A stretch of DNA of 64,000 bases, from positions 1 to 64,000 of the IMG/VR virus record IMGVR_UViG_3300045391_004554. The stretch is one strand, 5' to 3'. Position numbers and translations under genes: made by a program. How positions within the stretch are numbered: position 1 is the first letter of the stretch; every line of letters begins with the position of its first letter. The notes below the pieces were generated by a model that did not search any database, was not told the origin of the DNA, and saw nothing but the letters and a program-made list of their open reading frames with translations. The DNA is from a virus. This document shows, piece by piece, positions 17,856 to 29,136 of this stretch.

Positions 17856-18972
17856 AAATAGCAAATTTTAAAGAACTGAAAGATTATCTGAACACTCGTT
17901 CAGATGAAGAACTTGTAAACAATCCGTTAGGAGTACAAAGATGTGATGAATTTTATTATGATATTCCCGCTATTTGGGTTTTAGAAGAAGATTATTATCA
18001 AAGCGAAGAAGGTATAGAGCCGGTATCTGTTTTCGAGGGCGACCCAAATGACCCTGAAGATACGATAGATCAATTCGCAATCTATCCTAAAGGGTACATA
18101 TTTTTTGACGCTGATGATTTAACCACCCCTTAAACCATTAATGATATGAGCGAGAAAATAGAACCATGTGATTGCGAAATTTGTAAAATGTCTGTAGCGG
18201 AAGCAATGCATTTATCGCTTTTAAACTTATTGTTTGACGAAATTACAGCAGAAGAATATGATAATATCACCACTTATTTTAAAAATTATGGAAGAAAACA
18301 TTCAGATCAAAGCTACCAGCGGAGAACTAATCGATGCTCTGAAATCAGGTAAAGTGCTTCGCCGTGACCCTTATCAAAAATTTGAAGGTCAATGGGAGTA
18401 TACGCATTGCGAAAATGGCGACTATTACTATATTAATGGATGGGGAAGCGCAATTGGTAATTACAAAGATCGTTTGCTACTCGTCATAACCAACCCTGAA
18501 TTATTTGAAATCGTTGACAGTGAAGATTTAACCCCCTCTACTAATGAGTAACATAACCCTAACCAAAAAACAAAAATTCGTTCTGCAAGCCTTAAGGGAT
18601 GGTGGAATGCTAATTTTAGAAGATATAACTAACGAATTGCATTTTGATGATGTTGATGGTAATTGTTATTTAATCCATCATCGTACAGTTGATAAGCTTC
18701 TAAATGCCGGACTGATCAGAATAGGGCATAGACCAGCACTTGATATTACAAGATTTATTGCAGTTTGAGTAACATAACACCGAATTTGAAACCAATAATC
18801 AAAAACATATGAAAAGAACATTTACCCATCAACCAGTAGTCCCTCCAGGATGGACAGGCGACAAAAATCAGTTTAATAACTGGCAGAAGGATCTGCAAAA
18901 GAAATTAGATAAAATAATGGGCACGAAGATCGCTCATAAATACGCAGTTTAAGTTTATAAAATATTTTACAC

Positions 18973-19314
18973 ATGGCACATGATATCACAGCTGACCGCA
19001 AACCGTTTGATTTTACTTCTCCTATAGCTCAGCTTCAATTTGGTAAACATAAAGGAGAAGTAATGTGGACTATTGGACTCTCTTCCCTGGAATGGATGGA
19101 CCGATCCTTAACCTTAACTGATCGGGCCCGGCAAACTATTCACGACGCTAAAGAAATGTTCGTCAGATCAGGAGAGTATGCAGTAATGCGTAATATTAAA
19201 GGAGATAAATGGGAATGTAAACTACAAGGTATTTACTCCTCTAAATCTATAGCAGATGCTCATACTAATATTGGAGAAGGATACGAAGACTTTGTGTATC
19301 ATATCAAAGAATAG
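18973..19314 (+). CDS. DUF3820-like (FGKHKG) domain protein
   Basis: LQFGKHKG...LEW. Confidence 0.6.
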   Translation: MAHDITADRKPFDFTSPIAQLQFGKHKGEVMWTIGLSSLEWMDRSLTLTDRARQTIHDAKEMFVRSGEYAVMRNIKGDKWECKLQGIYSSKSIADAHTNIGEGYEDFVYHIKE

Positions 19315-19367
19315 TATCTATATATACATAAAGAACTGATTAAATAAATTACTTTAAAATAAATCAC

Positions 19368-19903
19368 ATGGAAGTTGAAGGTAAAGTTAGTCTCTCCATT
19401 AAAGAACTGGATGGCCTGCGCGAGACTATTAAAGAATTACAGGCTGCAAATCAGGAATTGGCATCTCATGAAAAAGAGGTTAAAATCGAATTAACCATTG
19501 AAGATCATAGCTATGCAGTTGCACAATTCCGCGATAACACCGATCGTTACGGACGAATTATTTCCAGAGAGGCTATCGGCTTAAAATACCCCACCGTTAA
19601 AAGGATTGATTATCGCAATTTGGATGATGTAAAGGCTGTATTAGTTGAAGAAGTCCGCGAACAAGTAAGGGATGAGATGAGCAGCAAAAGTTTGCTGAAA
19701 AAGAAAAGGCCCTACTTGATCAGATAAAAGAGCTCAAAGGGCAAGCAGTTGAAAAAACGAAAGATAAACAGCTGGCGCAAGCTACCGAGGATCTCGCAGC
19801 AATCAAACGAGAAAATGATATACAAAAAGCTACAATCGAAGTTCTGCAAAAATGCTTGGATGAGGAAAAGGCTTTGCCTTGGTATAAAAAATTATTCAAA
19901 TAA
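19368..19903 (+). pseudogene. Coiled-coil protein frameshifted by a 5-bp duplication (GATGA x2, 19671-19680)
   Basis: Deleting one GATGA gives a continuous frame ...VRDEQQKFAEKEKALL...LPWYKKLFK* ending 2 nt before the next ATG. Confidence 0.75.
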
Positions 19904-19905
19904 TC

Positions 19906-20169
19906 ATGAGAGACGAGCACCAAGTTATATTTAATATCATTGTCGAAGGTAAAACTATCCATAGTGGCAGTAATCCATTTCATCCTTACATACCCCCAAA
20001 GGATAGTGTTATCCACTACCATCAAGCGTCCTACAAGGATGAATTTACCAAGGCAACTACATTAAACCTTGACGTCAATGAAATTCATTTCGAGATAAAA
20101 GACACCTATAATGGCTTATTTAAAAATCGAGTGATTTCAATTATTTGTTCAAAAAAATTATGGGAATAA
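19906..20169 (+). CDS. Hypothetical protein
   Basis: ORF in operon. Confidence 0.7.
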   Translation: MRDEHQVIFNIIVEGKTIHSGSNPFHPYIPPKDSVIHYHQASYKDEFTKATTLNLDVNEIHFEIKDTYNGLFKNRVISIICSKKLWE

Positions 20170-20171
20170 TT

Positions 20172-21032
20172 ATGAAAAAAATCCTGATACTACACAGAAG
20201 TGACCTGTACAATCTCACCTCTGACTTACCAATAGAAAAGCTTTCTGTTGAAGCTTTCCGGATAACTGGCCAAGAGTTTGAAGAGGCCGAGTTTATAGCA
20301 TTTGAAGAAGGTGGCTTGCTGAAGATTTTAAAGAACCTGCACGGCGCTTGTGTTACTATGCCATGGACCTCGTTCTTAATGGCTATTGACTTAATTACAA
20401 AGCAGGAAGCTGTTAAGGCTAGGTTTGCACCAGATATAGGAGAGCAGTATTTTACGCCGGATTTCCACTTTGCAATACCTCCAAAACCCGAACCAAAGTT
20501 TATTATTGGTGATGATCCCGCCAGCAAAGATCAAAGCAAACCTGTCGCCGTATTGTACGATCCGCTTCAACCTGTAAATCCAAAAGCGGCAGTAGCAATA
20601 TACAGATCCTTAAATCAATCTGGAACCGAATTTCATGAAGAAGCTATGAAAACAGCCAAGTATTACGGTGGAAACATGCTGCCAGACTATGATGACCTGA
20701 TCAACAGTGCCGTAGCAAGCGCAATCGAAAACAGTGACACGTATAACTTCGCCTTCCCCGAAAATCTTACAGAAGCTATCCTGTACTTCAATGAATATGT
20801 ACCCGATGTGATTTTTGAAAAGCCGGAGTTCTGGTATGCGCCTGTATTTCCTACAATGCATCCGGATAAATACAAGACAATAGCCAAGGAATGCGGATTC
20901 TGGTGCGAAGATACTCCGCTTTATAAAAGCCTGAAGCATAACTTCAAATGCGATCATGAAGCCTGTATGATCAATATTATTATCAAGGCAGTCTACCGGT
21001 TCAAAAAGTTTAACTTATCCAAAAACTCATAA
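20172..21032 (+). CDS. Hypothetical protein (start revised)
   Basis: About 286-aa ORF. Confidence 0.8.
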   Translation: MKKILILHRSDLYNLTSDLPIEKLSVEAFRITGQEFEEAEFIAFEEGGLLKILKNLHGACVTMPWTSFLMAIDLITKQEAVKARFAPDIGEQYFTPDFHFAIPPKPEPKFIIGDDPASKDQSKPVAVLYDPLQPVNPKAAVAIYRSLNQSGTEFHEEAMKTAKYYGGNMLPDYDDLINSAVASAIENSDTYNFAFPENLTEAILYFNEYVPDVIFEKPEFWYAPVFPTMHPDKYKTIAKECGFWCEDTPLYKSLKHNFKCDHEACMINIIIKAVYRFKKFNLSKNS

Positions 21033-21034
21033 TC

Positions 21035-22180
21035 ATGCAAACAGAATTAGACATAACGCCAAACACCGTCATCCCCATCATAAGAGATGAGATCGCCAGT
21101 CGCGATGAGTACCGTAAAATTACCACCCGCGGGAGAGAAACCTACCAGTTTCCATACGATAATCTGGAGGTCCGTCCCGGCCATAATGCCCGAACAGCTG
21201 ATAACCCTGGATTCTCAATCGAAAGCCTGCAAGAACTGGCACGGTCCATATTCCACGAAGGACTACAGGAACCTATTACTATCGATGTGATTAAACGCGG
21301 CGACAAGCTGATCGGTATTATTACGAAAGGAGAACGCCGCTGGAGATCAATCGGAATTATCCGGGTCTGGATCAAGGATGGCAAACTGTCTGAGCTCTTC
21401 TCCGGAGACGCTGAAAAAGCTATTCCTACTTTCGATATGGTGGAGTGCTTTATAAATACCTCTAAGATCACCCAGAAGGACCGGGATATGATGATGCTGC
21501 TGGAAAACATGGCCAGGGTTGATCTTACTCCATTAGAACAAGCTGAGGCAGTTGCACGACTAAAAGCTGCCGGTATGAGCCAGGCACAAATAGCTAAGAG
21601 CGTACCCGGAATGTCTACCATGATGGTTTCACTTAGGTTGGCTCTCGCCTCGGTATCCGAAGAAGAGAAAGACTTGATCAGAGAAGGTAAAATAAGTGCC
21701 ACAGCCGCAGTAAAATTGTTGAAGGAAGAAGAAGACCCAACTAAGCGCGTTGAGATGATTAACGAGGCGGCAGAAAGCGAAAGTGGTAAGCTTAAAATCG
21801 CTGATATTGTGGATGAAGATACCGGCGAAATATTGACCGAAGAGGAAGCTAACAACTCTTTGCGCGATGGCGATCTGACAGGAGCTTCTACCTCAGAGCC
21901 TATCGATCCGAAAGATGACCCAAGCATGAAGGGTTCAAGTCCCAAGGCACCTCCAATTCCGCAGCGGGATCCGGCACAAAAAACAAAAGACGACGGCGAG
22001 GATACCGACGAGCGTATCACCTCCGGAAAGTCAACTACCTACGACCTGGTTATGCGTTGTATTGACCTGATGAAGGAGATTGACCTGGAGACCGAAGAAA
22101 AACAGAGTCCAAAATTAACCACCCTTATCTATAACATGGATAAGACGCTGGCTGATCTGAGGATTATATTAAAGCGGTAA
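21035..22180 (+). CDS. ParB/Srx-family protein with HTH
   Basis: LARSI...GLQEPI, GERRWR, EN.AR.DLTPLEQA, MSQAQIA. Confidence 0.9.
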   Translation: MQTELDITPNTVIPIIRDEIASRDEYRKITTRGRETYQFPYDNLEVRPGHNARTADNPGFSIESLQELARSIFHEGLQEPITIDVIKRGDKLIGIITKGERRWRSIGIIRVWIKDGKLSELFSGDAEKAIPTFDMVECFINTSKITQKDRDMMMLLENMARVDLTPLEQAEAVARLKAAGMSQAQIAKSVPGMSTMMVSLRLALASVSEEEKDLIREGKISATAAVKLLKEEEDPTKRVEMINEAAESESGKLKIADIVDEDTGEILTEEEANNSLRDGDLTGASTSEPIDPKDDPSMKGSSPKAPPIPQRDPAQKTKDDGEDTDERITSGKSTTYDLVMRCIDLMKEIDLETEEKQSPKLTTLIYNMDKTLADLRIILKR

Positions 22181-22200
22181 ATTAACTGATCATATATACC

Positions 22201-22238
22201 GGCGTCCTCCTACTTCTCAATTGGAGAGCGCCATTTTT
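22201..22238 (+). terminator. Putative intrinsic terminator
   Basis: GGCGTCCTCC/GGAGAGCGCC imperfect stem plus T5. Confidence 0.5.
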
Positions 22239-22252
22239 AAACTAGGCAAATA

Positions 22253-23281
22253 ATGGGTAACGAATTATTAATACCACAAGTTCCGGACGGATATCGGGAA
22301 TTAGCTTCCGGACTTGTTATTCCAAAGACTGTCCGTAAATATCCTATAGGGTTCGACTTCTTTGCTGGAGCGGGAGGCTTTTCTTTGGGATTCATTCAAG
22401 CTGGTTTTGAAATGCTAGGAGCATCTGAATGGTCCACAGATGCAGCGCACACCTATTTGGCCAATCTTGGTGCGCATCCTGTTCAAATGTATTACAGCTC
22501 AGATGCTCACAGAGACCGCATGGCTCAATACTTCGATAAGTATTACAAGAACTGGCAGAAAGCAAATAAAGACAATCCCACCGCGACATTTCCAGTTAGC
22601 GGCCACGCCTGGCGCCAATCTGAATTGAATGCCGGTAATTATTATCCGGGAGTAAAGAACTTTTTCTTTGGTGATATATGCGAATATGACGGAAAAGAAA
22701 TGTGCAGGCTTATGGGAATTGAAGTTGGTGAACTTGACGTGGTTATTGGTGGCCCTCCTTGTCAAGGATTCAGCACACTAAACTCCAAAACAAGAGAAAA
22801 GAAAGCCACAGATCCCCGCAATAACCTGGTATTCCAGTACGCACGCATGCTAGTAGAAATGTACCCGAAATCGTTTGTTATGGAAAATGTTCCTGAGATA
22901 CTTGAAATGCGAACTTCTCAAGGCGTTCCTGTTATTGATCAGTTTCTGCGGATTATTGAAGATGGTAATTATATGAGCTATGAAGCTGGCATGAGAGCAC
23001 TTAATATCCGGGAAAAGGATATCGGTAAAAAGCCAAAATACGTGGTTGTGCCTAAACGCAATGCAACACAAATAAAACAGGAGAACGAGGAAGAGAAAAA
23101 TCCAGCGCCAAAAACATCGGAAGGAATCATTAAACAAATTGCGCGTGCTACTGGCCTCAAATACGCGGATTATAAAGACTTCCTTGAGCGAACTGTCGCC
23201 CGCTACCAGAAGCAAAATAATATTGAAACGCTTACACAGGCTGAGATTAAAAAATTAATCAGAAAAATACAGGAGCCATGA
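22253..23281 (+). CDS. C5 DNA cytosine methyltransferase N-terminal half fused to an unrelated C-terminal domain
   Basis: FAGAGG (motif I), GGPPCQGFS (IV), DPRN, MENV (VI); no QxRxR (VIII) or IX/X motifs seen. Confidence 0.85.
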   Translation: MGNELLIPQVPDGYRELASGLVIPKTVRKYPIGFDFFAGAGGFSLGFIQAGFEMLGASEWSTDAAHTYLANLGAHPVQMYYSSDAHRDRMAQYFDKYYKNWQKANKDNPTATFPVSGHAWRQSELNAGNYYPGVKNFFFGDICEYDGKEMCRLMGIEVGELDVVIGGPPCQGFSTLNSKTREKKATDPRNNLVFQYARMLVEMYPKSFVMENVPEILEMRTSQGVPVIDQFLRIIEDGNYMSYEAGMRALNIREKDIGKKPKYVVVPKRNATQIKQENEEEKNPAPKTSEGIIKQIARATGLKYADYKDFLERTVARYQKQNNIETLTQAEIKKLIRKIQEP

Positions 23282-24057
23282 ATATAGAATTTGATCTCTC
23301 AAAACTCCCTCACCTGGAAAGAGTTGAATTTAACGATGACGTGATCAGCCAATGGGAGCCAGGTGACCGACACCCGCACTCTACTTACGTGTCTACAATT
23401 GAATGGGCGACCGAAGTAATACGATATAGAAAGGAAACAATTCAAAAAAATATACCAATAGTCGAAGCCGGTGGCTGGCCCTCCTCATCTCAAGCAAAAT
23501 ACACTATTGAAAGCGCTGAGAAAGACTTATTATACTGGGAACACATAGCGCTCCCCTGTGCCATTGCTTTCGTTGAGAGACTTAAAAACGATCATGAGAT
23601 CGAGCCACTTTCAGCTGATGAACGCAAACTTCTCAAAGGTCGCGAGTCTGGCATATTGATCAAAGGTCCAAATCTTTCACTGGGAGCGCTTTCTCTAAAA
23701 CCAGGTGATCGGGTAATCGATAATTATCACGCGATTAAGTACGTATATCAGGAATTTCTCTGGCGGCGCACTCCTTACGGCTTTCCGAAAGATACACACG
23801 CCCTTGTACACGAAGGTACCGGCAAGTTAAAGCATATAACCGATCATGAAGCCTTTCAGAAACTCCCTGGCAAAGGAAAGGTAATTCCAACCAAAGAAGT
23901 CATTAGTGCCATAGCAGAAGATGCTGGCCTTGACATGTACGAGTATTACGACTACCTGCGTAATACCGTAGATCGCTACATGCGCCGTAATAAAGTCCTT
24001 GAAATGACAGAAGAACATATTAATGCAGTTGTTGACCTAATTAAAACAGTATCATGA
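23278..24057 (+). CDS. Hypothetical protein sharing its C-terminal domain with the upstream methylase
   Basis: I..IA...GL....Y.D.L..TV.RY...N.....T...I......I in both proteins. Confidence 0.8.
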   Translation: MNIEFDLSKLPHLERVEFNDDVISQWEPGDRHPHSTYVSTIEWATEVIRYRKETIQKNIPIVEAGGWPSSSQAKYTIESAEKDLLYWEHIALPCAIAFVERLKNDHEIEPLSADERKLLKGRESGILIKGPNLSLGALSLKPGDRVIDNYHAIKYVYQEFLWRRTPYGFPKDTHALVHEGTGKLKHITDHEAFQKLPGKGKVIPTKEVISAIAEDAGLDMYEYYDYLRNTVDRYMRRNKVLEMTEEHINAVVDLIKTVS

Positions 24058-24686
24058 CAATAGAAACAAACCAACGAGGCTTTCAATTTGGTAAATTCAT
24101 AGACCGAAACGGCGAAGAGTGTTCAATTCAATTATCTTCCTTAGCAACTGAAGAAGCTATCTGGCTGGGAATTGATAAACCAAAATTATGTGTATTTGAA
24201 AATGATTCACACGGTAAATACCTGATCACAGAAATGCCTAAAAACTTCGATGTATCTTCAAGGATGCATTTAACCAGAAATGACGTGATTGAACTGGTAT
24301 CGGTACTAAATAATTTCTTAAAATACGGAACCCTGCAATTGCCATGAACCACGAATACATCCTAACCGAAGATAATCCCATGTTGGGAGTAAAAGGGCTA
24401 CTTAAAGACTACGACGGATATAAGAATATTGCCTATATGAACCGTTGCCTGTTTCAAAAAATTAGCCCCGATCATGATTTTGTTTTTGAGGCAACCTGGC
24501 AGCATGAAGGATTTCCAAAAAGCTACTTTAAGTTTGAATCCGTAAAGGACTTTAACCATTTCCTTCATGCCTGCGCAAGAGACCATGATGCAGAACTGAT
24601 CTATTTCTCTATTAATGCAGTCAACTCCCCTGCTTATTTTAACTGGGGTAAAGAATACTTCACTTTTACACGTTTACAATAACCTT

Positions 24687-25028
24687 ATGGCAAAATTTAT
24701 AGTTGATACCGAAAAGGACGGAAGCTACCGGTTTATCATTCGCCGGGACACCAACAAAACAGTTGCAACCTGTGATCAGGAATTTGCTAGCAAAGGAGAA
24801 TGCTTATCTGCTATTGCACTGTTTAAAGAGTATGCCAAAGATGCTTTTTACTGGACTCATAAACGTAGTCCAGTGGCTAAGTATCACTATTCTGAATGGG
24901 AAAAGAACGGCGTTAAAATTACAACCAGGCGCTATCAAAATCCAGGAAGCATGCGAATAGCTCTGGACCTAATCAAAACTGAAGTATCCTACAAAACACC
25001 TGTCTTTCACACTACTATTAGAAGATAA
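24687..25028 (+). CDS. YegP/DUF1508-like protein (start revised)
   Basis: MAKF.....KDG.YRF.......VA....F.SK..C..AI. Confidence 0.7.
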   Translation: MAKFIVDTEKDGSYRFIIRRDTNKTVATCDQEFASKGECLSAIALFKEYAKDAFYWTHKRSPVAKYHYSEWEKNGVKITTRRYQNPGSMRIALDLIKTEVSYKTPVFHTTIRR

Positions 25029-28000
25029 TACGATGTCAAAGCAAATTAAACCATCGAGAACAAAGACCGATATTACGCTAGAGTTCTATCACAAATCGGC
25101 AATTTATAAAAGTCCAATTACGGGCGCACAAGTTGAAATTGAAATAAAAAAGGTCGAAGAATATAAATACAATTCCAGCAGCACTAACGACTTTATTCTA
25201 GTAACTACTACACATGGAGTAACTTATAATTTGCAGGATCTAACATTTCATAGGCCATGTTAGAAGAATCAATATTCGATCTGCCAAAAGAACGACTGGA
25301 GCTTATTGATCATGATATCTATAAGTGGCAATGCTGTGCAGAAGGCTGTACTAATGGTACTCATGTATGGGATTTTGGAGAACGGCCTATGTATTACTTT
25401 CCTCGTAAGGTTAAAGCTAGTAAAAACGAGGGTAGCAACTGGTATCACTGCGACAGGTGGTATTGGACATGCGGAAAACATTTCAAATTGGAAAAACAAG
25501 GTATTGAATTCTCCAGAAAAGAATTCGAACTCATGGAGGCTAACCTGGTATTTGTAAAATCTATTACTGTAACTGATATAAAATTTAAGCTATGACAGAA
25601 CTTGAACAAGCAGCGGCAACCCAAGACAAAATTCGTGAGTTAAATGATCGAATAAAAGCAGCAACTGACATGCGCGACTATGCCATTGCACATAAGGACG
25701 AGATTGATAAACAAATCTGGTCCCGCCAAATCAGAGAGCTACGCCAGCAACGCCATGATCTGCACGAAAGCTGCAGGTATGTAAAATTTGAAACTTTTAT
25801 TCAATGCGCCAAAGCATTTCTTACAAAGGAACAATATGAGGCAATCTGGCGAAAAGTGGATGAAGTAATCGAAAACCCTAAATTAATGCAATCATGAAAC
25901 GAACTATAAAAATCAGGATCGCTATAATAGCAACTGCTGTAATCTTCTTGGCTATGGGATATATTGTGGAGTTCCACGGCCCCATAAACTGGTGGTGGTT
26001 CGTCCCATATGGTATTACCATCGGAGCACTCATTTGTTATATCGGATATCAATTTTGGATGAAGTTAATTGAAAGCTGGCCATGAATTTTGAAATAACGC
26101 ACATAAACTACGGCGAGAAAAAACCTTACCAGTGTATCAGGGAAGGCAGTGAAGAAGATTGGGGCGCCCGGATAGCAGAATTAGCTCGAAAGGGCGCAAA
26201 ACTCGGCGATTGCGGCAAGATGTGTACAGATTGCGCATTTAAACATCCGCAAGAGGGCACACAAGATTATTATAATGCTATAGACGGGGCGGTTAAAGTC
26301 CTTTTAATGGGCGGTGTATTTAACTGTCATACTGAAGATCACCAAGACGCAGGAAGGCTTTGCGTTGGAATGTTATACGCTAAACAATTTACTGATAAAG
26401 AAGATGCCGAAACGTAAATCCCATAAATGGCAAAAGATCACCGGCGCACCAGGTACCTACAAATGCCAGCGCTGCGGTATGATTAAATATCGAACATCTA
26501 CCGGTAAAAATATCTACTCCCGACAAGACGGCAGGCTGGATACTAGTGATACTAAACTTAATTGCTTTATACTTTCAAAAGAATAAGATGACCAACGACG
26601 ACAGAAATAATATCCTTATTGATCTCAATCGAACTGGATTTTGGTCGAATGATAGAGGGATCAGAATGTACAGCTATATTGATAAAACGCATCCAGATTA
26701 CGCAAAAGGGATCAGACGTATGCCAATATCAGTTGATAACCTGAACTACAGCGCCCTGGCAAATTTGATACATGAATGGTTTGATGAATATTTTGAAAGG
26801 ATTCATATAATGCCACCGGAAGCCGACCCTAGATGCATTCTCTTTACTGGGGTAAAAAAAATAAGAAATACCCCATACGGGTTTTCAGAAAGAATTGAAT
26901 ATGACGAGGCAAATAATATGTTCAAAGACGGAGTCATCGATAATCTCCGGTCATGGCTTCAACGACATTTTGACTATTTGTACAATCACCCCGAACAATC
27001 ATGAAAGAACATCTCTATAATCCCGGCTCCTTTACAAAGAAGGATTTCCTCGACCTGGTCAAGAAGATGAATAATCAACCGACACAGAAGGAATTCGTTA
27101 TCTACGGAAGCGCGGAAACTTTTCAGCAGATGGATGAAGCTGTGAAAGAAGCTGTATGGTTTATGAAGAATCCGCGCCTAGGTCCAGAACAAAAATGGCA
27201 CCATGCACACGGCTTCTATAGAGTTGTGAGTGACTTCGGACCTCTTAAAGCTGGAGATACTATCCTTATGGTATCACATGTGCATTCTAGAGTAGTTAAA
27301 ATAGCTACAGGAACCACAAAACAAGTCTTCTACAGCTACGAAGAAAACTTTAACGCTAATATGCGATTCACTCCGGCAGAATGGAAAGCTATCCGTCCTC
27401 TTGAAAAATGGGGACTGCTTGAAATCTTCCCGCATCTGAGTGAACGGATTAAAGCTCTGTACGGCGAGTATGCACTTAAACAATTTGACAAATGATTAAA
27501 GTTTCAACATTGGAAAATCCGGTTAAGGTATACCGATCTTATTGCAAATACTACTGGGAATCAAAAATGATAGTGATCCACACATACGATATCAATGGCG
27601 AACAGATATGCGATTTACAGGGACCATACAGCTTGGAGCTTCATAAAAAGGTACTTTCTAATTGTGATGTTTTTTCATTCATGGATGGCTTTCCTGTGAT
27701 TTCTGAAGATACACCGGAAAGCTTTGTTCCCCATTTCCCATCGACCTATAAAGAATGGGTTGAGGCGTTCGGAGAGATTGAACCGGCTAAGATTAGCTAT
27801 GCAAAATCAAAGCGCATTAACTTATAAAATATTTTACTCTTTAAACACTTAATAATTATGGCATGTAACTGCATTGAGAAAGTGACCGATAAAATGGCCG
27901 ATCACTTCCAAAAACAAAACCCGGAATACAACGTATTCGACGCTGAGTTCCAAAAGAAAGGCTTAAGCTTAAAAACTGGCCAGTACGAATCCTATAACGA

Positions 28001-28590
28001 GATTAAGATCCGTTACAACTTCACCAAAAAGGATGGCAGCATCTCTTCTACCAAAACTGAGATCAGAGATGCTTATGGAGAATATTGTCAATTCTGTGGT
28101 AAAAAGCACAAAGAAGAAAGTGAGGTAGCCAATGACTAACGACACCAACAGCTTTGAAGAATGGAAAGCAGAACTTATCCGTATAACAGCCGACGAATTA
28201 AAGATCGACCCTGCTGAGGTAAAAATTAATGAAGAAGAAGCCCGGTTCTGGTATAATGATGGATGGCCTGCTTATGCTGTCTTTCGTGAGAATTGGGATT
28301 CAGATGGGGATTAATTCATCTATATATACATAAAGTTTGACGAAAATGATATCGCAAGAAGAAATAGAAAAAATAATCGAAGAATATTCCGTTGGAGACA
28401 GGCCATACAGCAAAGAGATTGAACTTGTCCTGTTTAATGGGACTGCCACTAATCCGTTGACCATGGAACAAATGCGCCTATTCGCTACCACCATTAAAAT
28501 GCTTCGGGATAACGGCATCCAAATAAGTATACAACGTTCTTATCAAAGAGGGGAACATTATCAAGATCAAACCATTTATATCAAAAATCA

Positions 28591-29136
28591 ATGAAAATTA
28601 TATCACTACTACAACCTTGGGCAACACTGTTAGTTCAGGGACATAAGCGGGTCGAGACTCGCAGCTGGAATACAAAGTATCGAGGACCTATTTTTATACA
28701 CGCATCCGGAACCCTTAATAAGAAAACAGAAGGAATGACTCCTTTCGAACGCGCTTCTTCCAATGATCATTTTATCAGATGCGTTACAAGGCCCTATATG
28801 ATGGAGTTTGGTAAAATAATCGGTATGGTTAATATTGATGAATGCTTAAAAATTCATAGGACCTATGCACCGCCGCAAGAATATTTAGAAATGCTTACTC
28901 CACAAGAACTAGCTTTCGGTAATTATGAAGTTGATAGGTATATGTGGTTCTGCTCCGGCGCAGTTGAATTCAAACGGCCTATGCCTTTTAAAGGAGAAAG
29001 AGGAGTAAGAGATTTTAAAGGCGAAACTTTCTGCCATTACTGCGGCTCTGGCAACTTTCCCAATCCCCAAGGAGTCCATTTTATATCAGATACGGAAGAA
29101 CGTTTTTGTCTTAATTTTTTCACTCCAAAACCATAA
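28591..29136 (+). CDS. ASCH domain protein
   Basis: ISLLQPWA.L...G.K.VETRSW.T.YRGP..IHA. Confidence 0.92.
   Translation: MKIISLLQPWATLLVQGHKRVETRSWNTKYRGPIFIHASGTLNKKTEGMTPFERASSNDHFIRCVTRPYMMEFGKIIGMVNIDECLKIHRTYAPPQEYLEMLTPQELAFGNYEVDRYMWFCSGAVEFKRPMPFKGERGVRDFKGETFCHYCGSGNFPNPQGVHFISDTEERFCLNFFTPKP

Larger units (their letters stand above)
13588..18768 (+). other. Run of small hypothetical genes
   Basis: Tightly packed ORFs: 13588-13770, 14758-14994, 15729-15962, 15984-16220 (TPGPW/NAKLIAA family), 16234-16425, 16415-16633, 16672-16893, 17852-18133, 18146-18352, 18288-18551, 18544-18768. Confidence 0.75.

Noticed and set aside
21142-22020. 292-aa minus-strand ORF and similar shadow ORFs opposite late genes
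   Set aside because: Antisense shadows of well-supported genes
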